A stretch of 64,000 nucleotides of DNA from Dehalococcoidia bacterium. Lineage in GTDB: Bacteria > Chloroflexota > Dehalococcoidia > GIF9 > AB-539-J10. A program made the position numbers and the translations under genes. The stretch spans positions 43,771 through 107,770 of the forward strand of contig DAOUMA010000020.1 of NCBI GenBank assembly GCA_034414555.1. Reading direction: 5' to 3'. The notes under the pieces are model-generated. The model saw only the letters and a list, made by a program, of their open reading frames with translations. It ran no database searches and was not told the DNA's origin. Positions 7,793 to 16,051 of the stretch are shown in pieces; position 1 is the stretch's first letter; every line of letters begins with the position of its first letter.

Positions 7793-8845
7793 ATGCAAAT
7801 AGATGAGCTTCTTCGCCTAATGGTAGAAAAGGATGCCTCAGATTTACATTTGAGGGTTCCAAGCCCACCGGTGCTGCGTATCGATGGTGTGCTTATACCA
7901 CAGCAAGATTTGCCGCCAGTTACCCCCACAGATGTTGAAGAGGCTTTTGAGCATATTACTGTTGAAAGTCAACAGAAGGCTTTTCGCCAAAAACTGGAGT
8001 TAGATTTAGCCTACAGTGTTCCTGGGTTAGCTGGATTTCGAGTCAACGTGTTATACCAAAGAAGGACAATGAGCATCGCCTTCCGCCGGATACCACCTAC
8101 AGTTCCGACTATTGATGAACTCGAGTTACCCCAGATTTGCAAAAGTCTTATTCTTAGGCCCAGAGGGCTTATCTTGGTTACCGGGCCTACAGGAAGCGGC
8201 AAGAGCACCACTCTAGCCGCAATGATTGACTATCTTAATGAGAATGAAGAGCGGAACGTCATCACTATTGAGGACCCCATTGAATACTTGCATCAAAACA
8301 AAAAATGCATTATCGCCCAGCGAGAGCTGGGTGATGATGCTAAGTCATTCGCCAGTGCCTTGCTTCATGTTCTCCGTCACGACCCTGATGTGATTCTCGT
8401 GGGCGAGATGCGTGACCTGGAGACCATAAGCACAGCTATCACTGCAGCGGAAGCAGGACAGCTAGTGCTGACAACATTACACACCATTGATGCTGTCCAG
8501 ACTGTTGACCGCATAATTGATGTCTTTCCTCCCGACCAGCAACGCCAGATTAGATTACAGCTATCCCAGATAATAGAAGCGGTGCTGTCGCAGACCCTGT
8601 TGCCACGGATTGGAGGCAAAGGGAGAATAGCGGCTTTTGAGATTTTGGTTGCTACCCCTGCTGTTAGAAACTTAATTCGCACTAGCAAAACCTTTGAATT
8701 GCCCGGTATTATGCAGATTGGTGCTAAAGACGGTCTACAGACTTTGAACCAGTCATTAGCTTACCTGGTGAAAAACCACAAGGTCACTGCTAAAGAAGCT
8801 ATGAAGAGAAGCAGCGACCCAGAGCAACTTAAAAAGTTGATTTAG
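7793..8845 (+). CDS. pilT: PilT/PilU-family type IV pilus retraction ATPase
   Basis: ASDLHL, GPTGSGKST Walker A, TIEDPIE, LRHDPDVILVGEMRD, His boxes TTLHT. Confidence 0.92.
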   Translation: MQIDELLRLMVEKDASDLHLRVPSPPVLRIDGVLIPQQDLPPVTPTDVEEAFEHITVESQQKAFRQKLELDLAYSVPGLAGFRVNVLYQRRTMSIAFRRIPPTVPTIDELELPQICKSLILRPRGLILVTGPTGSGKSTTLAAMIDYLNENEERNVITIEDPIEYLHQNKKCIIAQRELGDDAKSFASALLHVLRHDPDVILVGEMRDLETISTAITAAEAGQLVLTTLHTIDAVQTVDRIIDVFPPDQQRQIRLQLSQIIEAVLSQTLLPRIGGKGRIAAFEILVATPAVRNLIRTSKTFELPGIMQIGAKDGLQTLNQSLAYLVKNHKVTAKEAMKRSSDPEQLKKLI

Positions 8846-8968
8846 GAGTACTGGCGCATCTGATTCTTCGGCGTCAGCTTCATCCTGGGTCTAGTTAGCC
8901 CAGCTACGAAACCTTGGTCTGCTAATGTACAGCTTATTCAGGGGGATAGGTGTCGCCTCAAAGAAAGG

Positions 8969-9113
8969 CAAAAAGTCAAAATGACAGAGCAAAAATGAGT
9001 CAAAAATCAAAGATCAAAATGAGGAAGGTTTTTACAGTTTAATTTGTGATTTTGACTTTTTATGTTTGATTTTTGATATTGTTTGGGATTTAGAGCTTGG
9101 GATTTAGGATTTC
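8969..9113. repeat. Degenerate heptamer tandem repeats forming a long imperfect hairpin
   Basis: TCAAAA(T/A)-type units 8969-9020 mirrored by TTTTGA/GATTT units 9040-9113; a related AAATCCC tract lies at about 6143-6170. Confidence 0.6.
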
Positions 9114-9145
9114 AACTCAGAAATTGCTCCGTCGCCTCCGGATTT

Positions 9146-9197
9146 TGTAGTTGCCCGATTCATCAGGCACAATTGCCCAATAAATTGGGCAACTACA
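9146..9197. repeat. GTAG-type REP doublet (inverted pair)
   Basis: TGTAGTTGCCCGATTCATCAGGCA (9146-9169) and TGCCCAATAAATTGGGCAACTACA (9174-9197) are imperfect inverted copies. Confidence 0.7.
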
Positions 9198-9386
9198 TTC
9201 TTAAACTATGCCTCGCAACGACAAAGAGGTGGTGTCATTGCGAGCGAAGTATAACAATCCCCCGGATTAACAATCCGAGGGATTGCTGAATGCTATAGCT
9301 TATCTCCTACCTGCCTCTAACCAAGGTAAGGCACATTCTTAACTGCCCTTGCAGTCAAGAGCTTTAAGCCAGGCTCTCCAGTCAGC

Positions 9387-10013
9387 TTATTTGCAAATTG
9401 GCTTACCAACCGGCAGAATCAACCTTCCAAAGCCATAGAGCAGTGTCAAGGCTATGCCAATGTAGAGCATTATCCAGCCACCTACTCCGATGCACCAACC
9501 AGCTATTACCCCCATCGTGTCCCATATTCCCATTGGCAAAGGACCATGCAAGGTATTGACAGCTAAAAAGAATATGCCAATCACAAATATGAGCAAGCCT
9601 ATAGAAATCACCCCACTCTGCCGTCCCAGGATCGGGACGAAAGTCGCCAGGATTATGCCAAGCACGAAATATACTATTCCATTAACAACGTTGGTGGGCG
9701 CAAGAATAAGACCAACAGTTGTTAGCGGCGATCCGCCCCACAGGAGGAACACGAAACTTAGCGCCGGAGCACCGAAGAACAGTACGCCGAAACATAGGTT
9801 CACTACTCCGGTAGTCGTATCCCCTCTTTTCAAGGCTATCAGCCCAACCATTGTTAGAAGCAGCGCTGCTGCGAAAAGCCAGGCAATGAAAACGGAGATA
9901 TCGGTTACCGGTATCCTGTGCGTCAGGATAGCCCAGACGGCGGTAGTGCCAGCAGCAGTGGCAAACAAACCCGCCGCTGTGGGGTCACCCCATGTTGACC
10001 CTTGCTGTGCCAT
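9387..10013 (-). CDS. GPR1/FUN34/YaaH (SatP-like) small-acid transporter, divergent
   Basis: 208 aa with about 6 TM helices; N-terminal WGDPTAAGLF resembles the SatP ANPAPLGL motif; GDTTTGVVNLCFG resembles the GNTFG..F..YG motif. Confidence 0.55.
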   Translation of the reverse strand: MAQQGSTWGDPTAAGLFATAAGTTAVWAILTHRIPVTDISVFIAWLFAAALLLTMVGLIALKRGDTTTGVVNLCFGVLFFGAPALSFVFLLWGGSPLTTVGLILAPTNVVNGIVYFVLGIILATFVPILGRQSGVISIGLLIFVIGIFFLAVNTLHGPLPMGIWDTMGVIAGWCIGVGGWIMLYIGIALTLLYGFGRLILPVGKPICK

Positions 10014-10273
10014 TTGTCACCTCCTCTTTTTGATATTCAGTCGGGTATTACTATACAATGGACTATAGTACTATTGTCAATACCCTATACTCATCTCCAA
10101 TTGTTTAGTAACACATTAGCCTCTTCTTTCTATCATTGCCGGGCACCTTATTCTTTTAAGCTATTGACAAAGTCAGCGTTTTCAGGGACGACGAATTGCT
10201 TAATATCAGGACATCCGAGGAAAACACAAACGATGTTGGTTCACTGTGAATCGTCAACAAAAATGAATCTGGT

Positions 10274-10332
10274 ATTCAGGGACACAATACTTGATTTGTG
10301 GTAGGCTTAGTTAGTATTGTGTCCTGGAATTC
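10274..10332. repeat. Palindromic mini-element (18-bp arms); right half repeated at 10963-10998
   Basis: ATTCAGGGACACAATACT (10274-10291) and AGTATTGTGTCCTGGAAT (10313-10330), 16/18 complementary. Confidence 0.7.
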
Positions 10333-10346
10333 ATAGGAGGTTAACG

Positions 10347-10799
10347 ATGAAAGCATGTGAAGGACAAATTGGACGGGTTTTCATGATACGGCTCGAGGAT
10401 GGGGATGTGGTGCCCGAATGTGTTGAGCATTTTGCCGAGGAGAACGGAGTATTTGTGGGACATGCTATTTTAGTGGGTGGAATTGGAGCTGGCGATATTG
10501 TTGTTGGCCCGCGGCTTTCAGAAGAAATGCCGCCAACGCCAATGCTCTTGCCCATTGACGGAGCACATGAGGTGCTGGGGGTAGGCGTACTCGCTCCCGG
10601 TGAAGATAGCAAACCGACTCTGCATATCCATGCTGCGCTGGGACGGGCAGGACAAACCATGACTGGATGCCTGCGGTATGGTGTCACGACATGGCTTGTA
10701 GGGGAGGTCGTCCTCTATGAAATCCTCGGTGCGGACATGGTGCGTATCACGGACGAGCGGAGTGGCTTCGAGCTTCTGGAGACTGGGATCAATCACTGA
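10347..10799 (+). CDS. PPC/DUF296 domain protein
   Basis: GRVFMIRLEDGD, LHIHAALGRAGQTMTGCL motif; RBS AGGAGG. Confidence 0.85.
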   Translation: MKACEGQIGRVFMIRLEDGDVVPECVEHFAEENGVFVGHAILVGGIGAGDIVVGPRLSEEMPPTPMLLPIDGAHEVLGVGVLAPGEDSKPTLHIHAALGRAGQTMTGCLRYGVTTWLVGEVVLYEILGADMVRITDERSGFELLETGINH

Positions 10800-10830
10800 G
10801 AGCTTTTTATTCGAGGGAATGATAACGCAT

Positions 10831-10920
10831 GTCATTGCAAGCCCCTTCGCTTCCTGTCATTCTGAGCCGAAGGCGAAGAATCTCACCTTCACTTAGGGCA
10901 GGCTCCAGCGTGGCAATCTC
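10831..10920. repeat. Nested REP composite
   Basis: GTCATTGCAAG...GGCAATCTC enclosing GTCATTCTGAGCCGAAGGCGAAGAATCTC. Confidence 0.7.
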
Positions 10921-11047
10921 GGTGAGGGGATATTCAGTGGCATTTGGGGAATAATATCTATCTTGTAGTAGGCTTAATTGGTATTGTGTCCCGAATTCCA
11001 ATCGTGGCCTTCTAAGAAAGCCCATTTCTTCCTTTCGTTTTGCAAAT

Positions 11048-11419
11048 TCAACCAAGGTCTCGTGCGTATAGTTCTGGCAGAAATTCAGGGAAATGCTGCA
11101 TCTCTTCTTTAATGTGCTTGCGCAAAGCGCTGCGGCACATTCGAGGCGTTTTTGCTGGTAGTCGGAATGTCGAGCGCATCCGCGTTCCGTAAGATTCCGA
11201 CTTATACTCGTGAACAAGCCAGGCGATGGGCATGTCGTCCTGACCGAAGATACTGGTTGCCAGGACATAGACGTAAATTGCGGGGATAGGCACCGAACTT
11301 GATTCCTCCCAGCGGATACGCAAGATATTGGAGATTCCGCCAATCTTCTCTCGAACGAGCTGGGTAGCACCGGCATGCCCGCTCTTGCCCGGTGATACTT
11401 CCCATTCAAACGAAATAGG
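11048..11419 (-). pseudogene. 5'-truncated DAPG-hydrolase (PhlG)-family remnant
   Basis: Open frame without a start: ISFEWEV..GHAGATQLVREKIGG...LVHEY...GTRMRSTF...KHIKEEMQHFPEFLPELY; in-frame TAA immediately upstream. Confidence 0.6.
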
Positions 11420-11536
11420 TTATTATAATAAGAAAACAAGTAGGGAGAATCTGGTGCGGAGGTGAGCGAGCTTTGCAAAACATAGTTCAGCCTCAGAGGA
11501 GGAGAGAAGCACTTCCTGTTTGCTACAATTAGTTAA

Positions 11537-12145
11537 ATGGAATCAAGTGACAGGAAAAAGACAATAAGGAGGATATCCAAGTATCTTCTGGTTGTGATGG
11601 TTGCTTTGGCCTTGGGAGTTGGTTCTGCCTTATTGGGAGTTGGCCTTGTGACTGAAAAGGACTTGATTAGAAATGGAGCATGGTATACCGGTCTTACCTA
11701 TGGCAGTGAGCAAGCTGGGATGTATACCAGGGCTGCAATTGCTATTGAGGCCCTTTTTGCACTTAACAAATCTGAGGTGATTTATTACATGGCAGATACT
11801 GACGATGCTGGACAGCTACTTCGATCCTGCTGTGACTACAAAATTGAAGGTAGTAGTCTTGATCCGTATGCTTCCTGGTGGAGCATCACGGTATATGGCG
11901 GTGATAATTTTTTGATCCCCAACGAGCAAAACCGTTATTCCTACACCAACAAAAACATTGAGTATAACGAGGACGGGAATTTTACCATTTTTTTGTCATC
12001 GACTCCTAAAACGGGCAACTGGCTCCCTACAGGTAATCAAAAGAAAATCACTCTTTTTCTGCGCATATATAATCCCGCACCATCTGTTTATGAGAACCTC
12101 GATACTATTGAACTGCCCCATATTATAACGGAGAAATGTAAGTGA
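11537..12145 (+). CDS. DUF1214 domain membrane-anchored protein
   Basis: N-terminal TM helix; WWSITVYGGDNFLIPNEQNRYS, NWLPT, LFLRIYNP. Confidence 0.85.
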   Translation: MESSDRKKTIRRISKYLLVVMVALALGVGSALLGVGLVTEKDLIRNGAWYTGLTYGSEQAGMYTRAAIAIEALFALNKSEVIYYMADTDDAGQLLRSCCDYKIEGSSLDPYASWWSITVYGGDNFLIPNEQNRYSYTNKNIEYNEDGNFTIFLSSTPKTGNWLPTGNQKKITLFLRIYNPAPSVYENLDTIELPHIITEKCK

Positions 12146-12678
12146 AAGACTGGATAAAACTGGTAGTGATAACGCTTTTATTAGCTGCTGTGATTCATGT
12201 AACTACAGTTGCAGTGTTACCGTATGGTATTACACTTTACACCTTGCTAGGTATGCAGCACAGGACACCTGGCGGCCAGATGAATATGATATATCAGGCG
12301 CCTCCGACAACAGCCGATAGCAGAGATGTGGTTAGACCCTGTCCTGACCTTTTATACTCTATTTGCGTTTATGAGGTAAGCGATAAGCCGCTTCATATCG
12401 TTGCTCCAATACCTGATGGCACCTATTGGTCAATGTCGTTTTACGCATTTAACACAGATAATTTCTTTGTGGTGAATGACCGAACCGCTAAATCAAACCC
12501 GGCGGATATACTTCTTGTTGGGGAAAACATGCCTTACTACGATACTGGAAATTCAGAGGTGGTCATTGCCCCAAGCAACATGGGTGTTATCCTCTTTCGC
12601 ATTCTCGTTACGGATGAAAGTAAATTAAATGACCTGATGCAAGTTCAGGAACAAGCATACTGCAGCCTGGTTGATTGA
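12142..12678 (+). CDS. DUF1254 domain membrane-anchored protein
   Basis: VVRPCPDLLYSICVY, YWSMSFYAFNTDNF; 4-nt overlap with the DUF1214 gene. Confidence 0.85.
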   Translation: MKDWIKLVVITLLLAAVIHVTTVAVLPYGITLYTLLGMQHRTPGGQMNMIYQAPPTTADSRDVVRPCPDLLYSICVYEVSDKPLHIVAPIPDGTYWSMSFYAFNTDNFFVVNDRTAKSNPADILLVGENMPYYDTGNSEVVIAPSNMGVILFRILVTDESKLNDLMQVQEQAYCSLVD

Positions 12679-12886
12679 AAAAGGGGGCAAACGTAAGGGA
12701 ACGATTTTATGGTATTACAAATTGGTTGTTGTGCATTTGGTGACTTTTTAACATAGTATCAGCCGCTTACATTGCTTATTTTACAGATTTGTGTAGGCTC
12801 TATGATTACGCTACACAGTTCGCTGCAGGAATTTTCGATCGCGCTTGAATTAACAATCCGATGAATTGCTACTCCTGCGAGCAATT

Positions 12887-14302
12887 TTAAGTTAATGGTG
12901 GTTTCTTATCAGCCCAGGGGTATGCCTTCTCAAAAGCCGCTGACGCCCGAATCACTGTAGCCTCATCGTATCGCCTCCCCACAATCTGCAATCCCACGGG
13001 TAATCCCTCTTTGGTGAATCCACAGGGCACACTAGCTGCCGGTTGCCCCGTAAAGTTAAACGGAATGGTGAAGCAAGGGACGGCAGTGGGGCTGACGTCT
13101 TGTCCGTCTATCTTGGTGGGACCCAGAGGGGTCTCTACATCAAAGGCGGTTATGGGCATGGTGGGGGTGAGGAGAAAGTCGTAGTTTTCAAATATTTGGT
13201 GAATTTTAGCCCAGAGGTCCTCTCGATGAAATTGGGCCATAGCCATGTCTCGCGATGTAAAAGTGTCAGCCATTGGGATAAAAGGTCTATAAACGGAATA
13301 CATCACCTTCTCCCATTCCTCCCTGCGCTGTTCCACAGCAGCAGCTGTTTCACAGATTTCCAAGACCAGCCAGTCAGACTCGACATTAAGGAAATCAATG
13401 GTAATTTCCTCCACCTTACACCCTAAATCTTCAAATTGCCGAGCAGCCCTCCGGGTAATATCTCTTACCTCGGGCTCCACCAGGGCATAGCCTAGATTAG
13501 GACTCCAGGCAACTTTACAACCTTTCACACCGCCCTTGGTAGCCTGTATAAGGTCCATTTTCTGGGTAGGGAGGGAGAAGTGGTCTCGCTCATCAGGCCC
13601 GGCCATGACAGATAGCATCAATGTGCCATCGGCCACAGTCCTGGTCAGGGACCCTTCCGCAGCCAGTGTCTCCCAACCATGAATGGCGGGTTGACGGGCT
13701 ACCCGACCAAACTGAGGTTTTAGCCCATAAACGCCGCAGAAACTTGAGGGAATACGGATAGAACCACCTCCATCGTTCCCGTGGTGCAGAGGACCTAACC
13801 CGGCGGCGGCTGCAGCCGCTGCACCGCCGCTGGAGCCTCCAGGGGTCTTGGTTAAATTCCAGGGATTTCTGGTTGGGCCGAAAACGGGATTGTCGGTATT
13901 AGCAATAAGGCCAAATTCCGGAGTGTTGGTCTTGCCCAAAATAATCGCTCCTGCGGCTTTCAATTTTTCCACGAAGGCACAGTCTTCATCGGGGATGAAA
14001 TGTTCATAGAGTTTCGAACCGAATGTAGTACGGATCCCTTTGGTAAAGACGAGGTCCTTGATAGAAACTGGCACCCCATGCAGAGGTCCAAGAGTCTTTC
14101 CCTTCATCACGGCGTCTTCGGCTGCCTTAGCTGCGCTGCATGCCTCCTCAGCCCTGAGAGTTACATAGGCATTAATCTTGGGATTTATTTTCTCAATACG
14201 GTTCAAGATGGCATCTATTACCTCTACGGGAGAAAGTTTTTTCTGTTTGATGGCTGCTGCCATCTTTGTGGCGGGCATGAAACAAAGTTCTTCGTTTTTC
14301 AT
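12887..14302 (-). CDS. Amidase-signature family hydrolase
   Basis: GVPVSIKD (Lys), GGSSGG (cis-Ser), DGGGSIRIPSSFCG (nucleophile Ser). Confidence 0.92.
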   Translation of the reverse strand: MKNEELCFMPATKMAAAIKQKKLSPVEVIDAILNRIEKINPKINAYVTLRAEEACSAAKAAEDAVMKGKTLGPLHGVPVSIKDLVFTKGIRTTFGSKLYEHFIPDEDCAFVEKLKAAGAIILGKTNTPEFGLIANTDNPVFGPTRNPWNLTKTPGGSSGGAAAAAAAGLGPLHHGNDGGGSIRIPSSFCGVYGLKPQFGRVARQPAIHGWETLAAEGSLTRTVADGTLMLSVMAGPDERDHFSLPTQKMDLIQATKGGVKGCKVAWSPNLGYALVEPEVRDITRRAARQFEDLGCKVEEITIDFLNVESDWLVLEICETAAAVEQRREEWEKVMYSVYRPFIPMADTFTSRDMAMAQFHREDLWAKIHQIFENYDFLLTPTMPITAFDVETPLGPTKIDGQDVSPTAVPCFTIPFNFTGQPAASVPCGFTKEGLPVGLQIVGRRYDEATVIRASAAFEKAYPWADKKPPLT

Positions 14303-14362
14303 AACAACCTCCTTGTTTTTATACTATATGTATATTTTTAAAAGTTTAGCATAGATTCACTT

Positions 14363-14395
14363 ATAGTATATACTATGACTTTGCAGCAAAGTCAT
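14363..14395. promoter_or_regulatory. Two adjacent perfect palindromes upstream of the amidase
   Basis: ATAGTATATACTAT (14363-14376) and ATGACTTTGC-A-GCAAAGTCAT (14375-14395). Confidence 0.45.
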
Positions 14396-14487
14396 CTTGA
14401 AACTCAGGACAAACTACAAATTTGCGTTCTAGCGTGTTCAATCTCATGCCGGACAAAGGTACCAATTCCGGATAAGTGCCATAATGA

Positions 14488-14634
14488 GAGATTGTTTAGC
14501 AACCCATCCCCTGCCCTCCTTCCCTTAGCAAGGGAGGGGGAGTGTAGATAGGGGAGGGTGAAACCCTCTATAAATCTCTTCCCCCTCTCCTCTGAAGGAG
14601 AGGGGGATAAAGGGGGTGAGGTTAGCAAATACTC
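14488..14634. mobile_element. About 150-bp MITE/REP-like element, copy A
   Basis: Ends GAGATTGTTTAGCAACC ... GGTTAGCAAATACTC; internal hairpins CCCTTAGCAAGGG and CCCCCTCTCC/GGAGAGGGGG; homologous to 45012-45164. Confidence 0.75.
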
Positions 14635-14706
14635 TTATAATAACTGTATGGCAGGATATTAAGGCCTGCATTATAATGGCAGTGTGTTCTTAATAAGAAT
14701 AGGAAA

Positions 14707-15396
14707 ATGGCGGAATCTGGTTATGTAGTTATCCTTATTACTACTGGAAGCTATGAAGAGTCGCATAAAATAGCTGAGGCACTGGTTTGCGGAGGAAAAG
14801 CCGCCTGTGTAAATATAGTACCTAAAGCAAATTCACTATTCCGGTGGCAGGGTAAGGTGGAGGAAGCTAAAGAAAACCTCCTGCTGGTCAAAACCAGAGC
14901 AGAACTCTTTTCTGAAGTTGTGCGTGTGGTTAAGGGGATTCATAGCTACGAGGTGCCTGAGATAATTGCTTTGCCTGTCGTTGAGGGGGACCCGGGCTAT
15001 CTAGCCTGGATAACTAAGGAGACGGAAATGAGAAGGCTGATAAAGATTACCGTAGGTGAGCTTGAGGTGGAGGCATGGCTCAACGAAACAGATACCGCTA
15101 ACAGGGTCCTAAAAATTCTTCCCATCACCTCTACCGTCAATCTTTGGGGGGACGAAATATACTTTTCTATCCCCTTAGAGACAGGTTTAGAGAATGCCAG
15201 GGAAGTTGTTAACATTGGAGATATCGCTTATTGGCCGCAAGGGAAAGCGATGTGTATCTTCCTTGGGATGACTCCGATAAGCAAAGGAAAAGAGATCAAG
15301 CCCATAAGCCCGGTTAACGTAATTGGTGGAATTGAGGTGGTTCAGGAATTGCTTGGGAAAGTAAAGCCAGGTGAAAAGGTTACCATAAGGAGGTAG
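14707..15396 (+). CDS. cutA: CutA1 fused in frame to a cyclophilin-like (DUF369/TM1367-type) domain
   Basis: aa 1-107 CutA (AACVNI, FRWQGKVE, HSYEVPEIIALP); remainder NLWGDEIYFSIP, GDIAYWPQGKAMCIF; internal AAGGAG-N6-ATG at 15016-15030. Confidence 0.85.
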   Translation: MAESGYVVILITTGSYEESHKIAEALVCGGKAACVNIVPKANSLFRWQGKVEEAKENLLLVKTRAELFSEVVRVVKGIHSYEVPEIIALPVVEGDPGYLAWITKETEMRRLIKITVGELEVEAWLNETDTANRVLKILPITSTVNLWGDEIYFSIPLETGLENAREVVNIGDIAYWPQGKAMCIFLGMTPISKGKEIKPISPVNVIGGIEVVQELLGKVKPGEKVTIRR

Positions 15397-15400
15397 CTAA

Positions 15401-15901
15401 ATGGATGCATTAGAAGCAATCAAGACTAGAAGAAGCATAAGGAAATATAAGAAAGCTCCTGTCCCAGAGGAAGAATTAGAGAAGGTTCTGGATGTGGGGA
15501 GATGGGCACCCTCTGCGAGTAATTTACAACCCTGGAAGTTCATAGTCTTAAGCGACTTTCAGGTAAGGGAAAGGGTAATGCAGTTGCTTACCTTTGGGAA
15601 TTTTCTAGCTGAGGCGCCGTTGGGGATTGCTGTAGCGGTAGACCCCATGGTATCAAACCACCCCGTAGAGGATGGCTCAATAGCAGCCTATAGCATGCTC
15701 CTTGCTGCCCACGCGGTTGGGCTTGGGGGATGTTGGCTCAATCCTTCGCATAATGAAGAAGGACTGAAGGAAATACTTGGCATTCCAAAAGAGGTGAGGT
15801 TAATTTCGGTAATATCACTTGGATATCCTGATGAAGCCCCATCGATGACCAGGAGGGAGCTGAGGGACGTCACTTTTACCAACAAGTATGGAAGCAAATA
15901 A
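15401..15901 (+). CDS. Nitroreductase family protein
   Basis: IKTRRSIRKY, WAPSASNLQPWKF, GLGGCW, LGYPDE. Confidence 0.92.
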   Translation: MDALEAIKTRRSIRKYKKAPVPEEELEKVLDVGRWAPSASNLQPWKFIVLSDFQVRERVMQLLTFGNFLAEAPLGIAVAVDPMVSNHPVEDGSIAAYSMLLAAHAVGLGGCWLNPSHNEEGLKEILGIPKEVRLISVISLGYPDEAPSMTRRELRDVTFTNKYGSK

Positions 15902-16018
15902 AAGCTCCTGTTCGGAAAGTAATTTCAAGGGCAAGAAGTAGAACCCCCTGAGTCAGGTAACCGGAGGAAGCACAACAACTTGATGACCAATTGTTTGCTT
16001 TATAGGAAGTCGATATTA

Positions 16019-16048
16019 GGGCGAGAGGGTTTGAACCTCCGGCCTCAG
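16019..16048 (-). repeat. Degenerate copy of the tRNA-Pro 3' half (att-like remnant)
   Basis: 27/30 identical to 20369-20398 in the same orientation; T-arm still pairs. Confidence 0.7.
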
Positions 16049-16051
16049 TAT

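Noticed and set aside
9490-11478. Long antisense ORFs 9490-10068 (+) and 10807-11478 (-)
   Set aside because: The first is the antisense shadow of the SatP-like gene. The second reads through REP sequence and overlaps the DAPG remnant in another frame. Neither has a motif or RBS.
12887-14302. Second gatA
   Set aside because: It has GGSIRIP rather than GGSIRQP, lacks the ANLARYDG and RRIMLG GatA blocks, and has no gatC/gatB linkage. The true gatA is at 58270.
15938-15975. SRP-RNA domain IV-like motif (GAACC...GTCAGGTAACCGGAGGAAGCA)
   Set aside because: The GGAA tetraloop hairpin is broken and no long flanking helix is evident. An Infernal SRP search would be needed, so it is not called.
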